Shown: positions 10,255-20,383, counted from the stretch's first letter. The stretch: 61,376 nt of DNA from Candidatus Muiribacteriota bacterium (GCA_051747805.1 JBNJGP010000004.1:1-61376), one strand, 5' to 3'. Numbers and translations are program-made. Notes: generated by a model not told the origin, from the sequence alone.

Positions 10255-10902
10255 TCATTTAGATTTGTTGTAATTACACTCAATTATTCTACATTCTTTA
10301 CAAATGGGATTTACAGGTTTGCATATATTCTGACCATATTTAACCATTAAATCATTAATCTCTTTCCAGTATTTTTCTGGCAGAATTTTTCTCAACTCAA
10401 GCTCGGTTTTGTCTGCATTTTTTGTTTTAACTAAGCCAATTCTGTTACAGATTCTATGAACATGCGTGTCCACACATATTCCGTATTTATTAAAACCTTT
10501 AATTAAGACAAGATTAGCAGTTTTTCTGCCAATTCCCTTAATTGAAAGCAAGTTTTGAAGTGTATCAGGAACTCTACCGGAAAATCTTGTGTTTAATTCT
10601 CTGCAGACATGTTTTAATGTTTTAGCTTTATTGCGGTAGAAACCGGTTTTATATATAATTTTTTCAAGTTTATTATCTGGAATATCTAATAGTTCATCAG
10701 GGTTCTGGGCTACTCTAAAAAGTTTTTCTGAAACTTCAAGAGTAGTTTCGTCTCTGGTTCTTAAAGATAATAAAGTTGAAATAAGAATATGAAAGGGTGA
10801 AATATTGAGCTTGGATAACATTGTAACCGAAGGAATTTTAAAATATTTTGTTTCTTTTTTTAAAATTGTAATAATAGAATCTATTTTATTATTATTTTTC
10901 AT
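10255..10902 (-). CDS. nth: Endonuclease III
   Basis: HhH LLSIKGIGRKTAN, VDTHVHRI, C-terminal 4-Cys Fe-S motif. Confidence 0.93.
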   Translation of the reverse strand: MKNNNKIDSIITILKKETKYFKIPSVTMLSKLNISPFHILISTLLSLRTRDETTLEVSEKLFRVAQNPDELLDIPDNKLEKIIYKTGFYRNKAKTLKHVCRELNTRFSGRVPDTLQNLLSIKGIGRKTANLVLIKGFNKYGICVDTHVHRICNRIGLVKTKNADKTELELRKILPEKYWKEINDLMVKYGQNICKPVNPICKECRIIECNYNKSK

Positions 10903-10905
10903 AAA

Positions 10906-12645
10906 TTACCTGTATAGCATTTCTTCCTGTGAACGAAGCATATCAATTTCTCTGGGGGTTAATTCATTTAAATATAGACTTATAGGTTTTCTACTTATAC
11001 CCCCATATATATGTCTTGCATAATAATTTCTTAAAAACGACGAGTAAATAATTTCCACATCCCCGGGCATAATAGTATCCCTGGCATCTGGTCCCTGTTG
11101 CCGATTTAAATTTTCAACAATAAGATTACCATTTATTTTTATTTTCTGTCCGCCTCTGATGCTTTCTTCAGAAAAAATTGAGCCGTCAACTGTTATGTTT
11201 TCGTTCATAGGTGGAATTGTAATTGGATTATTAAGAGAAATAATTTGAAGAAGTGATTTATTATCACTGTAGGCAATATTACCTTCAATAATAACATCGC
11301 CTTGAACAATAAGTGCGCCTTTTCCTTTAACATATCCGGCAATATTTAAATTCCCTCTGATATTGTACAAACCATTAATTTCAATAGGCTGATTTCTTGT
11401 GCCGTAAAGCTGTACGTTTTCGCTTGTTTCCTGATGAAAAAATCTGTCAATTTCATTGGGTTGGGTTAAAATATAATTAGTTGGGTCAAATTCCTCCGGG
11501 TTTTCCTGAGGATAATAAGAATCTGTAGAGAATCTTGTATAGGTGTCATTTCTTTCAACAGGGAAATGTCTGGATAGAACATAAGGGGCAAGTCGCCAGT
11601 AATGTTTACGTATATTTCCTTCAAAACGTGTATATCGACCTAGATAAGTATTATGAAGCCTGTTATAACAGCCTGCATATCCAACCTCTGGTTTGGAGTA
11701 ATACTGATTTTCAACAAAGTAGTTAATAATATCATCTACTTCAAAAAAAGGAAGAAAAACATGTAGAACACCGTTTGTCCTAACGCGGCCCCATCTTCTA
11801 AAATCCAGGTCAAAAAGGAGGTTAGAGGCTTCTTCCCTGATTTCACTGTCACGGTTCATTAAAACAAAATTTTTGACATAATTCAGCATGGAAGAAAAAT
11901 CATCTACGCTTGAGCTGGGTATCTGAGCTTCAGCTCTTCCGGAGAGTTCTTGTATATTATTAATTAAATTTGAAACTTGTTCCATATCAACGGTCCAGTT
12001 TGATAGTACGAAACGACCATATTTTAGATGTTCTTCATTTTGACCTCTTATAAAAAGAGTGTATTCCTCACCAATAGGGGCAATATTTGTAACTTTAATT
12101 GAGTGATTTGAGGTTAAAATATACTCCCGCCCGCGGTAAATACCCTTTGAGGTTATTTGTAAAATAGCAATATAACCCCCTAATTTACGCGAGGATTGTC
12201 CAGATTCATCACTTTTATATATATTTAATCTGTCGGGGAAATTATCCTCTTCACCGGGTTTTATTTCAACGCTTGAGGCTAAATCAGGGTTTGTTGTAAG
12301 GTTTAAAAGCTCAATAGCTATATGGAGCTCGCCATCTTCAATAAAATCATCAATTTCAATAACTTTTATAAAATCACTTGCGATTTCAGGGTCAAGTAGT
12401 GATAATTTATCATGGTTTATTTCCTGGGTTTCGTCATCAAATAAATCATCATAAAAAATATCTGAAATAGTATTTTTAGCTTTTTGAATTCCGGATTCTG
12501 CAATATATTTTGCAATAATCCTGTGTCGGTCCATTGTTTCCTGTTTGCGGGCTGTAGTGGTGAAATAAATAAAGCCAACAGAAATTATATAAACAATAGC
12601 CACAGAAAGAAGTACTAAAATATATACAGAGCCTTTATTTTTCAT
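10906..12645 (-). CDS. Large PilX-like minor pilin/prepilin-type protein
   Basis: MKNKG|SVYILVLL...AKYIAESGIQKA PilX N-terminal signature; C-terminal G-rich beta-solenoid-like repeats. Confidence 0.65.
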   Translation of the reverse strand: MKNKGSVYILVLLSVAIVYIISVGFIYFTTTARKQETMDRHRIIAKYIAESGIQKAKNTISDIFYDDLFDDETQEINHDKLSLLDPEIASDFIKVIEIDDFIEDGELHIAIELLNLTTNPDLASSVEIKPGEEDNFPDRLNIYKSDESGQSSRKLGGYIAILQITSKGIYRGREYILTSNHSIKVTNIAPIGEEYTLFIRGQNEEHLKYGRFVLSNWTVDMEQVSNLINNIQELSGRAEAQIPSSSVDDFSSMLNYVKNFVLMNRDSEIREEASNLLFDLDFRRWGRVRTNGVLHVFLPFFEVDDIINYFVENQYYSKPEVGYAGCYNRLHNTYLGRYTRFEGNIRKHYWRLAPYVLSRHFPVERNDTYTRFSTDSYYPQENPEEFDPTNYILTQPNEIDRFFHQETSENVQLYGTRNQPIEINGLYNIRGNLNIAGYVKGKGALIVQGDVIIEGNIAYSDNKSLLQIISLNNPITIPPMNENITVDGSIFSEESIRGGQKIKINGNLIVENLNRQQGPDARDTIMPGDVEIIYSSFLRNYYARHIYGGISRKPISLYLNELTPREIDMLRSQEEMLYR

Positions 12646-12715
12646 ATTTATATTATATAACTAATTGCAGATATTGTAAATAATAAATAAGAATCATCAG
12701 TAATTCTCAAGGAAC

Positions 12716-12810
12716 TTATTTCGTAATAAATTTTAATCTCTTGCTCTAATCTGCCTCTATCGTCTCACCTCTCACCTCTCACTTCTCACGGCTCTCATCT
12801 GCTCCTAACT
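12716..12810. repeat. Heptamer/decamer repeat element, copy 1 (4 x NNCTCAC)
   Basis: TTATTTCGTAATAAATTTTAA.CTCTTGCTCT then GTCTCAC CTCTCAC CTCTCAC TTCTCAC GGCTCT; direct copy at 18277. Confidence 0.85.
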
Positions 12811-12842
12811 AACCTCTGTAAAGTAGCAAATCTCAATTAGTG

Positions 12843-12870
12843 TTGAATTTTTTATTTATCAAGTTATAAT
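12843..12870 (+). promoter_or_regulatory. Putative sigma70 promoter of the ord operon
   Basis: TTGAAT-N16-TATAAT. Confidence 0.45.
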
Positions 12871-12937
12871 ACCGATAAATGAAGGTTATTTATACAATAT
12901 TATTTTAAGAGGCATTGCCACTTAAATGGGAGGAAAT

Positions 12938-13954
12938 ATGAATAAAGTTAAAGTATTACAATGGGGTTTTGGTGCAATGGGTTCTGGTATGGCCAGATTA
13001 ATGCTTGAAAAGAATACAGTAGATTTTGTTGGCGCTATTGACAGCAGACCAGATTATAAAGGAAAAGATGCGGGGGAAATATGCACAGATAAAAAATCTG
13101 GAAGCTTTGTTTACAGCAGTTTTGAAGAGGCAAAAAAAAATATTACAACAAAACCTGATGTAGTTATTCTGGCTACCGATTCTTTTACAAAAAATATTAT
13201 TTCAGACATTAAAAAAATTACCGAAGAAAAAATAAATATTATTTCAATTGCCGAAGAAATGGCGTATCCATGGGCGAGTGAACCTGAACTGGCAGAAGAG
13301 ATTCAAAAATATGCACAAAAAAATAATGTCACAGTTTTAGGAACTGGTATTAATCCCGGTTTTGTACTTGATGCTCTTGTAATTATGCTTACAGGCGTTA
13401 ATCATAATATAGATTATATAGAGGCCTCAAGAATTAATGATTTATCTCCATTTGGTCCCACAGTTATGAAAACTCAAGGCGTTGGAAGTACTCCGGAGGA
13501 ATTTAAAAAGGGAGTTGAAAACGGTGATATTGTAGGACATATAGGATTTCCGGAATCAATTTATATGATTGCAGAGGCTATTGGTTGGAAACTTGATGAG
13601 GTTAGACAGGAAAGAGAACCTATTGTAAGCAATGTTTATAGAGAAACACAATATGTAAAAGTTGATAAAGGAATGGTAGCCGGTTGTCGACATACAGGTT
13701 ATGGTATAAAGGACGGGAAAACAGTTATTAAAATGATACATCCTCAGCAGATACACCCTCATCTTGAAAATGAAAATACTGGAGATTATATTAAAATAAA
13801 GGGGGTTCCCGAAGTTAATATGGCAATTAAACCTGAAATTCCCGGAGGGATAGGTACAATGGCAATGGCTGTAAATATGCTTCATATTGTTAACGAAGCT
13901 TCTCCAGGACTTGTTACAATGTCTGATCTGCCTCTGCCTAGAATAATATCTTGA
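12938..13954 (+). CDS. ord: 2,4-diaminopentanoate dehydrogenase
   Basis: WGFGAMGSG, IAEEMAYP, GTGINPGF, NDLSPFG, GHIGFPES, PEIPGGIGT; RBS GGAGG before ATG 12938. Confidence 0.93.
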   Translation: MNKVKVLQWGFGAMGSGMARLMLEKNTVDFVGAIDSRPDYKGKDAGEICTDKKSGSFVYSSFEEAKKNITTKPDVVILATDSFTKNIISDIKKITEEKINIISIAEEMAYPWASEPELAEEIQKYAQKNNVTVLGTGINPGFVLDALVIMLTGVNHNIDYIEASRINDLSPFGPTVMKTQGVGSTPEEFKKGVENGDIVGHIGFPESIYMIAEAIGWKLDEVRQEREPIVSNVYRETQYVKVDKGMVAGCRHTGYGIKDGKTVIKMIHPQQIHPHLENENTGDYIKIKGVPEVNMAIKPEIPGGIGTMAMAVNMLHIVNEASPGLVTMSDLPLPRIIS

Positions 13955-14017
13955 GCAGATTGGGTTTTTATTGGACTAATCCTGGTTTTATTTTTTTATA
14001 AAAACTATGGAGGTTGT

Positions 14018-14299
14018 ATGTGGGTTAAAATTCAGAAAGTTATTTTAAAAAGTGAACAGAGAACCTCAAAAATACCAGAAGATACTCTGGAATGTGATTA
14101 TATTATGCATGTAAATGGTTATCTGGAGAAAGAGGCTGATCTTGGAGAAGAGGTTGAAATTGAAACAGCTGTAGGCAGAAAAGTTAAAGGCAAATTAATT
14201 CAGATTAACCCTGCTTTTAAACATGATTTTGGGCAACCGGTTGAAGAGCTGATGCATATAGGTAAATTATGCAAAAAAGAGTTGAAAGGAGGGGAATAA
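14018..14299 (+). CDS. ortA: 2-amino-4-ketopentanoate thiolase alpha subunit
   Basis: WVKI...IPEDT...NPAFKHDFG; position between ord and ortB. Confidence 0.9.
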   Translation: MWVKIQKVILKSEQRTSKIPEDTLECDYIMHVNGYLEKEADLGEEVEIETAVGRKVKGKLIQINPAFKHDFGQPVEELMHIGKLCKKELKGGE

Positions 14300-15708
14300 T
14301 GGATAAATCATATTCGGCTGTTATGGCTAGAAAAAATGATATAATGAAAAAAGCTATGGGGCTTGATTATTCTGATTATGATATAAACGGGTTTGCTTTT
14401 GATTATGAAAAAATGATGAAAGACACCCACCTTTCTCTGGAAAAAATCCGCGAAATACAGGTTTCTCAAAAGGTTGGAAATACTCCACTTCTTGAGTTGA
14501 AAAATATTACAGAGCTTGTAAGAAAACATTCCCCGGCAGGAAAAGGCGCCCGTATTTTTATTAAAGATGAAGCCTGTAATGCTTCTGGTTCTTTTAAGGC
14601 AAGAAGAGCGTCAATGTCTTCATATGTTGCAAAAATGAAAGGATATAAAGGAATTGTTGCGGCTACTTCTGGTAATTATGGGGCTGCTGTTGCAAGTCAG
14701 GCAGCCATGTATAATCTTCAATGTATTATTTTACAGGAAGTTTTTGATTCAAATTTTTCAGGACAGCCTGAAATTATAGAAAAGGGAAGAAAATGTGAAG
14801 CCTATGGGGCTGAGGTAATGCAGCTTTCTGTTGGACCAGAACTTTTTTATTGTCTTCTTGATGTACTTGAAGAAACTGGCTACTTTAATGCCTCGTTATA
14901 TACTCCTTTTGGAATAGCTGGTGTTGAAACTCTGGGGTATGAAATAGCTGATGAATGTAAAAATAATATTGGTAAACATCCCGAACATGTAATTGTAACA
15001 CACGCAGGTGGCGGTAATTTAACAGGTACTGCAAGAGGACTGGAAAAAGCGGGAGCAAAAAACAGTTCTGTTATTGCGGCCTCGGTTGATTTAACAGGAT
15101 TACATATGGCCTCAGATAGAGATTTTAATAAAAAATCATTTACAACTGGACATACTGGGTTTGGAATTCCTTTTGCCACTTGGCCGGACAGAGTTGATGT
15201 TCCAAAAAATGCTGCCCGCTCGCTTAGATATATGGATAGATACTTAACAGTTGATCAGGGCTGTGTTTTTTATACAACAGAAATGCTTGCACAGCTTGAA
15301 GGTCTTGAAAGAGGGCCTGCTGGAAATACTTCTTTGGCGGCCGCGGTTGCACTTGCACAGGAGCTTCCAGAAAATGAAGTTATTGTTGTTCAGGAAACTG
15401 AATACACTGGTGCCGGAAAACATCCAACTGCACAACTTAGCTTTGCAAAAGAGATGGGTATTGATGTTAGAGTTGGCAATCCGCGGGAAAATAAGCCTGG
15501 TAAAAATATAGTTATACCTGAAAAATTCAGTCAGATATATTTTAATGAACATTCCATGAATAAGTTAAAAAAATCATATATAAATAATGTGAAAAAGAAT
15601 TTTAATCAGTTGGACTTAAATGACCCTGATAATATTCAATTTTTAAAAGAAGAACTTAACGAGCAGAGCTTTGAGAAAATAAAATCATATTTTATGGGGG
15701 ACAAATGA
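14299..15708 (+). CDS. ortB: 2-amino-4-ketopentanoate thiolase beta subunit (PLP)
   Basis: SYSAVMARKN, KDEACNASGSFKARR, ATSGNYGAA, ERGPAGN; start ATG 14299. Confidence 0.94.
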   Translation: MDKSYSAVMARKNDIMKKAMGLDYSDYDINGFAFDYEKMMKDTHLSLEKIREIQVSQKVGNTPLLELKNITELVRKHSPAGKGARIFIKDEACNASGSFKARRASMSSYVAKMKGYKGIVAATSGNYGAAVASQAAMYNLQCIILQEVFDSNFSGQPEIIEKGRKCEAYGAEVMQLSVGPELFYCLLDVLEETGYFNASLYTPFGIAGVETLGYEIADECKNNIGKHPEHVIVTHAGGGNLTGTARGLEKAGAKNSSVIAASVDLTGLHMASDRDFNKKSFTTGHTGFGIPFATWPDRVDVPKNAARSLRYMDRYLTVDQGCVFYTTEMLAQLEGLERGPAGNTSLAAAVALAQELPENEVIVVQETEYTGAGKHPTAQLSFAKEMGIDVRVGNPRENKPGKNIVIPEKFSQIYFNEHSMNKLKKSYINNVKKNFNQLDLNDPDNIQFLKEELNEQSFEKIKSYFMGDK

Positions 15709-16070
15709 GTAGTTTTGAAAAAAGAAGAGAGCATTTAAAAAATCTTTCTGAAAAAGAACTAAGAGAACGATTCTGGGAGTTATCAAATAAAATTATGGAG
15801 CCTATTGTTCAGTTTGCCCATAATCATACTTCTCCTTCAATAGAGCGTTCTGTTCTTTTGAGAATGGGATTTACATCTTTAAGGGCAGATGGTATTGTGC
15901 AGAAAGTTAAAGAGGCTGGACTGCTTTCAAAAGGGGCTGGCGGAGTTGTTTTAAGAGTTTCTCAGGCTTTAAATATAAGCGTTGAAGAGGCTGGTGAAAA
16001 AATCGCCGAAGAAACGGATTTTAATTTTAAAGAAATAATAGGCGGAGGTAAAAATGTTAAAACAGGATGA
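15705..16070 (+). CDS. oraS: D-ornithine 4,5-aminomutase S subunit
   Basis: FEKRREHL, RFWEL, HTSPSIERSVLLRMGF, LLSKGAG. Confidence 0.93.
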   Translation: MSSFEKRREHLKNLSEKELRERFWELSNKIMEPIVQFAHNHTSPSIERSVLLRMGFTSLRADGIVQKVKEAGLLSKGAGGVVLRVSQALNISVEEAGEKIAEETDFNFKEIIGGGKNVKTG

Positions 16071-18222
16071 AAAGCTCAAAATAGATGAGATATTAAAAGA
16101 TTTAAAAAATTATAAACCAAGAAGAAAGGGATGGACATGGCGTAATAGTGAAAAAAATTTAAAAATGCATAAGTTCAACTTTAAAAATTGTTCAACCCCC
16201 TTAAAAAATTCTGTTCCTCTTCCAGCTGCTAAATACTTTGGAGACATTGACCCTCAGCCTGATTGTATTATTACTTCTGAAATTGCATCAGGAAGGTTTG
16301 AAGATGATATACGTCGTATGAGGATGGCTGCCTGGCATGGTGCTGACCATATTATGGTAATAAGAACAACAGGACAGAGTCATATTGATGGTCTTATTGA
16401 AGGAACTCCCGAAGGTATTGGAGGGGTTCCTATCACAAGAAAACAGCTTAGGGCAAGTCGTAAAGCTCTTGATTTAATTGAGGATGAAGTGGGCAGACCA
16501 ATTAATTTCCATTCTTATGTTTCCGGGGTTGCTGGACCTGAAATGGCAGTTATGTTTGCCGAAGAAGGGGTTAACGGGGCTCATCAGGATCCGCAGTACA
16601 ATGTTTTATATAGAAATATTAATATGAAAAGATCTTTTGTTGATGCTGCGGTTGCTAAAAATATTATTGGGGGAGCAGGTATTTTTCAGATAGATGGAGC
16701 GCATAATGCGAATGCAACTGCCCGAGAAGCCTGGAAAGTTATGCCTGAGCTGATGGTTCAACATGCTCTTAACTGTGCCTATTCAGTAAAATGTGGTATT
16801 CCCAGAGAAAATATTGGATTATCAACTGTGCCTCCAAATTCTCCGCCTGCGCCCAAAGTATGGTTTGATTTACCATATGCAGTTGCTTTACGTGAATTTT
16901 TTCAGGGTTTTAAATTCAGGGCCCAACAGAATACAAGATATATTGAGTCAGATACTGATGAGGCAACTGTTACTCATGTAATTGATACTTTAATATCTAA
17001 AATGACTTCTTCAGATATTCAAAGTACTATAACTCCCGACGAGGGAAGAAACGTTCCCTGGCATTATAATAGCATAAAGGGTGTAAATACCGCAAAACAG
17101 ACTTTTGTTTCCCTGGATGGTTTTATGGAAATGGTGGAGCTTAAAAATGAGGGTCCTTTAAGAGATAAAGTAAGGGAGCTGAAAGAAAGGGCTGTTTTAT
17201 TTATGGAAGAGATTGCAGAATATGGCTATTTTGAGGCCGTAAAAAAAGGCATGTTTGTAGATTCTGCTGAATATCCTGAAAGAAATGGTGATGGAATAGC
17301 AAGAGACCCGGAAAAAGGGGTTGCTGTTAACTCTATTGTTGAAAGAGACAAGGATTATCTTGCGCCCGTTTGTAGTCATTTTGGCTATAATATGGCAGAT
17401 AATACACCCTGTTCTTCTATTGGAGGATGCACGCTCTGCGATTCTTCAAAAATCAAATATATTGATGAGCTTGATGAAACTGACTGTGCGGATAAAAGGT
17501 TAAAATCAAAAGTTGAGGATGATGAAAAAGGGCTTATTTCTCCGGAAGTAGAATGGCACGGAGACGGAACTGTTTTGCTTACTCTTTTTTATCCTGAATG
17601 TCAGGAAATTGCAGAAGCAGCTGCTTTGCAGCTTGCAAAAAACATGAATATTTTAGAGCCTCAAGTTTGTCACAGGCAGGTAATGCATCCGGCTGAAGGA
17701 ACTTATATTGAGCTTAGAGGCAAAGTTGATTTAAAAATTGATAAATCAACTCTTTATATTCCACCAAAGAAAAAAGTTCTTTCTGAGGAACAGATTAGAA
17801 AGGCTGTTGATACATATAAAATAAAAGTTGTTGCCGCAACTGTTGGCGAAGATGAACACTCTGTGGGACTGAGGGAAATACTTGATATTAAACATGGAGG
17901 TGTTGAAAAATTTGGCATTAAATACAGATATCTGGGAACTTCGGTTCCTGTTGAAAAGCTTGTTGATGCTGCTGTTGAGTTTGGAGCTGATGCAATTTTA
18001 ATGTCAACAATTATTTCTCATAATGAAATACATATTAAAAATCAGAAAAAGCTTCATCAGACAGCAGTTGAAAAAGGTATAAGAGATAAGGTGCTTCTTG
18101 TTGCGGGAGGAACTCAGGTTAATAATGAGCAGTCTGTTTCGGCTGGAATGGATGCTGGTTTTGGACGTGGTTCTAAGGGAATTGAAGTTTCAAGTTTTAT
18201 TGTTGAAAACTTAAAAAGATAA
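16054..18222 (+). CDS. oraE: D-ornithine 4,5-aminomutase E subunit (AdoCbl/PLP)
   Basis: EIASGRFEDDIRRMRMAAWHGADH, cobalamin DxHxxG (EDEHSVG), PLP lysine in IKHGG. Confidence 0.96.
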   Translation: MLKQDEKLKIDEILKDLKNYKPRRKGWTWRNSEKNLKMHKFNFKNCSTPLKNSVPLPAAKYFGDIDPQPDCIITSEIASGRFEDDIRRMRMAAWHGADHIMVIRTTGQSHIDGLIEGTPEGIGGVPITRKQLRASRKALDLIEDEVGRPINFHSYVSGVAGPEMAVMFAEEGVNGAHQDPQYNVLYRNINMKRSFVDAAVAKNIIGGAGIFQIDGAHNANATAREAWKVMPELMVQHALNCAYSVKCGIPRENIGLSTVPPNSPPAPKVWFDLPYAVALREFFQGFKFRAQQNTRYIESDTDEATVTHVIDTLISKMTSSDIQSTITPDEGRNVPWHYNSIKGVNTAKQTFVSLDGFMEMVELKNEGPLRDKVRELKERAVLFMEEIAEYGYFEAVKKGMFVDSAEYPERNGDGIARDPEKGVAVNSIVERDKDYLAPVCSHFGYNMADNTPCSSIGGCTLCDSSKIKYIDELDETDCADKRLKSKVEDDEKGLISPEVEWHGDGTVLLTLFYPECQEIAEAAALQLAKNMNILEPQVCHRQVMHPAEGTYIELRGKVDLKIDKSTLYIPPKKKVLSEEQIRKAVDTYKIKVVAATVGEDEHSVGLREILDIKHGGVEKFGIKYRYLGTSVPVEKLVDAAVEFGADAILMSTIISHNEIHIKNQKKLHQTAVEKGIRDKVLLVAGGTQVNNEQSVSAGMDAGFGRGSKGIEVSSFIVENLKR

Positions 18223-18228
18223 AAAAAT

Positions 18229-18280
18229 GGGTCAGAGTTGAGTTGTATATTATGTTTATCAATTTAACCTGACCCTTTAT
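18229..18280 (+). terminator. Hairpin after oraE (REP-like family B)
   Basis: GGGTCAG-A-GTTGAGTTG...CAATTTAAC-CTGACCC then TTTAT. Confidence 0.65.
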
Positions 18281-18385
18281 TTCGTAATAAATTTTAACCT
18301 CTTGCTCTTATCGTCTCACCTCTTACTTCTCACCCCTCACTTCTCACCTCTCACGGCTCTTATCGGCTCCTATCGGCCTGACCAC
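18277..18385. repeat. Heptamer/decamer repeat element, copy 2 (6 heptamers)
   Basis: Same leader as 12716; GTCTCAC CTCTTAC TTCTCAC CCCTCAC TTCTCAC CTCTCAC; decamers GGCTCTTATC GGCTCCTATC. Confidence 0.85.
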
Positions 18386-18429
18386 TCGTTTTTCTTGTTG
18401 AAAATAAAAATTAATGATATAATCAAAAT

Positions 18430-19998
18430 ATGGTTATGGGGAACGTTTTTGGAAAAATAATTGATAAGATTGAATCTGCAGATAAAATTATTGCAATTTT
18501 ACAGCAGAGAAGTAAAATTAAAGATAATGCTGGTGCTGAGACTGAATTTACTATAGCCAGAAATTACTTTGATTCTGGCGACTACGGAAATGCATTTACT
18601 CATTTAAAAAAATCGGTGCTTTTAAATTATTCTTACTCTGTTTCCTATTTATATATTTCTAAAATATATCAGGAAAAAAATCTATTTCAGGATGCAAGAA
18701 AACTTCTGGAAGCCTGCATAAAATATAATCCCTCCTATATTATATATTCTGAACTTGCCTCTGTTTATTTAAGGTCGGGAATGAAAATGAAAATTTCAGA
18801 TTTATGGAAAAAATATATTGACAAATTTCCTGATAATGAGAAGGGTTATTTAAATCTGGGAAATTTTTATGCTTCAATGGGGCAGAATGGTAAGGCAATT
18901 TCTATTTTTGAAAAAGTTCTTAAAATTAAAAAAGATAATACTTCTGTTAAAGAAGAAATAGCTGATATTTACTTAAATGGTGGTAAAAATAAAGAGGCCG
19001 GAGATATTTTAAGAGAAATTTTTGATTCTACCGAAGTTTCGGGGATGCGGGCTGAATATGGTAGAAAACTCTTAGATATTTATTTAGCAGAAAATGAGTT
19101 AAAAAAAGCTCTTGAAATTGCCTCTGAACTTCAGACTTTTGTTAAGGAGGAAAAAGTTTTTATTAAAATTTCTGATGTTTATTTAGCATGTGGGATTTTT
19201 GAAGAAGCACTTAACTTTTTAAACCGTATCAGAAAGGTAAACCCTCTTAATTATGCCGTTTATTTCAGATATGCCTTTATTTATTCACTGAAAGAAAATA
19301 AAGAAGAAGTTTATAATAATCTGAAATTCATAATAAAATTTAATGAAAATTCAAAAGTTATTAGATTATTAAATGATTTTGACCAAATAACTTCAGATGA
19401 ACTTAAAGAAAAAACAGGCGAAATAATTGTAACTAATTCTGAAATTAAAAATGAAACTGTTAGAAACTTAATTGAAAATAAAGATATGCTTCCAGAACCA
19501 CAAGAGGAAGATAAAATTGAAATAAAAGAAAACATTGAAAATAATCAGGAAGATGAATTTACCCTGAGAACAGCTGTTAAAACTCTGGAAGAAATAAATA
19601 ATTTTTTTGAAAAACAAATGGAAAATCAGTCCAGGCTTATTGGAATTATTTCCAGGTTGATTGAAAAAAATAATTATAATAATATGGAAGAAGTGTCAAA
19701 AATCTTTTTTTTTAATAATGAACAGATAAAATATGTTCTTTCACGTGAAACACAATCCAAAGAGGAGTTTCACGAAATATTCAATAAAATAAAAAGCGGA
19801 ATTAAAAAGAGCGTATATAAAACAAGTAAAGGGAATAAGAGGATTTATAACAAAATAAATGAGTTCCGGAAAAAAAATCTGGAAACTCAGGGAATTTTAG
19901 AGAAGTATCTTTATCAGATTGAAAAAATAAACAGAAAAATTGAGTTAGACGAAGATATTGAAAGTATAATTGACAGTCTGAAGAAACTTCAGGTTTAA
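18430..19998 (+). CDS. Tetratricopeptide repeat protein with coiled-coil C-terminus
   Basis: Repeated TPR patterns (YLNLGNFYASMGQNGKAISIFEKVL); extended -10 TGaTATAAT at 18415. Confidence 0.75.
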   Translation: MVMGNVFGKIIDKIESADKIIAILQQRSKIKDNAGAETEFTIARNYFDSGDYGNAFTHLKKSVLLNYSYSVSYLYISKIYQEKNLFQDARKLLEACIKYNPSYIIYSELASVYLRSGMKMKISDLWKKYIDKFPDNEKGYLNLGNFYASMGQNGKAISIFEKVLKIKKDNTSVKEEIADIYLNGGKNKEAGDILREIFDSTEVSGMRAEYGRKLLDIYLAENELKKALEIASELQTFVKEEKVFIKISDVYLACGIFEEALNFLNRIRKVNPLNYAVYFRYAFIYSLKENKEEVYNNLKFIIKFNENSKVIRLLNDFDQITSDELKEKTGEIIVTNSEIKNETVRNLIENKDMLPEPQEEDKIEIKENIENNQEDEFTLRTAVKTLEEINNFFEKQMENQSRLIGIISRLIEKNNYNNMEEVSKIFFFNNEQIKYVLSRETQSKEEFHEIFNKIKSGIKKSVYKTSKGNKRIYNKINEFRKKNLETQGILEKYLYQIEKINRKIELDEDIESIIDSLKKLQV

Positions 19999-20022
19999 CC
20001 TTTATGTTTTCTGGAGGATTTC

Positions 20023-20367
20023 TTGAACAATAAAGGAAAACTATGGGAAAAAGTTGCCGTAAATTATCTATTAAAAGCAGATTTCAAAGTTATTATTCAA
20101 AATTTCAACTGCCGGATGGGTGAAATTGATATAATAGCTCTCAAGGGGCAATATCTTCATTTTATCGAGGTTAAATATCGAAAAAGTTATAGTTTGACTA
20201 GTTCTGCCGAGTCTGTAAATAAAAACAAAATTAAAAAAATAAAAAAGGCTGCCGGATTTTTTTTACTCATAAATAAAAAATATTCTAATTTTTATATGCA
20301 GTTTGATGTTTTATGTATTAATGGAAGTGCTGATAATATAGATTTTATAGAAAACTGTTTTTATTAA
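20023..20367 (+). CDS. yraN: YraN family (UPF0102) putative endonuclease
   Basis: G..WE..A..YL, GEIDIIA, FIEVKYR, FDV; TTG start with GGAGG. Confidence 0.9.
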   Translation: MNNKGKLWEKVAVNYLLKADFKVIIQNFNCRMGEIDIIALKGQYLHFIEVKYRKSYSLTSSAESVNKNKIKKIKKAAGFFLLINKKYSNFYMQFDVLCINGSADNIDFIENCFY

Positions 20368-20383
20368 ACTGTTGTACAGGCTT

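Noticed and set aside
12716-12810. CRISPR interpretation of the heptamer tracts or the AGTAAA array
   Set aside because: Repeats are 6-10 bp without 25-45 bp unique spacers, and no cas genes are present.
13952-14020. ord TGA is in frame with ortA across 21 stop-free codons with a weak hairpin (possible Sec or readthrough fusion)
   Set aside because: ortA has its own GGAGG RBS, Ord is essentially complete, the hairpin is not a convincing SECIS, and this can arise by chance.
18234-18261. dif-like TGTATA-TTATGTTTAT
   Set aside because: Only the spacer and XerD-like arm match; no XerC arm, and it forms the loop of a terminator hairpin.
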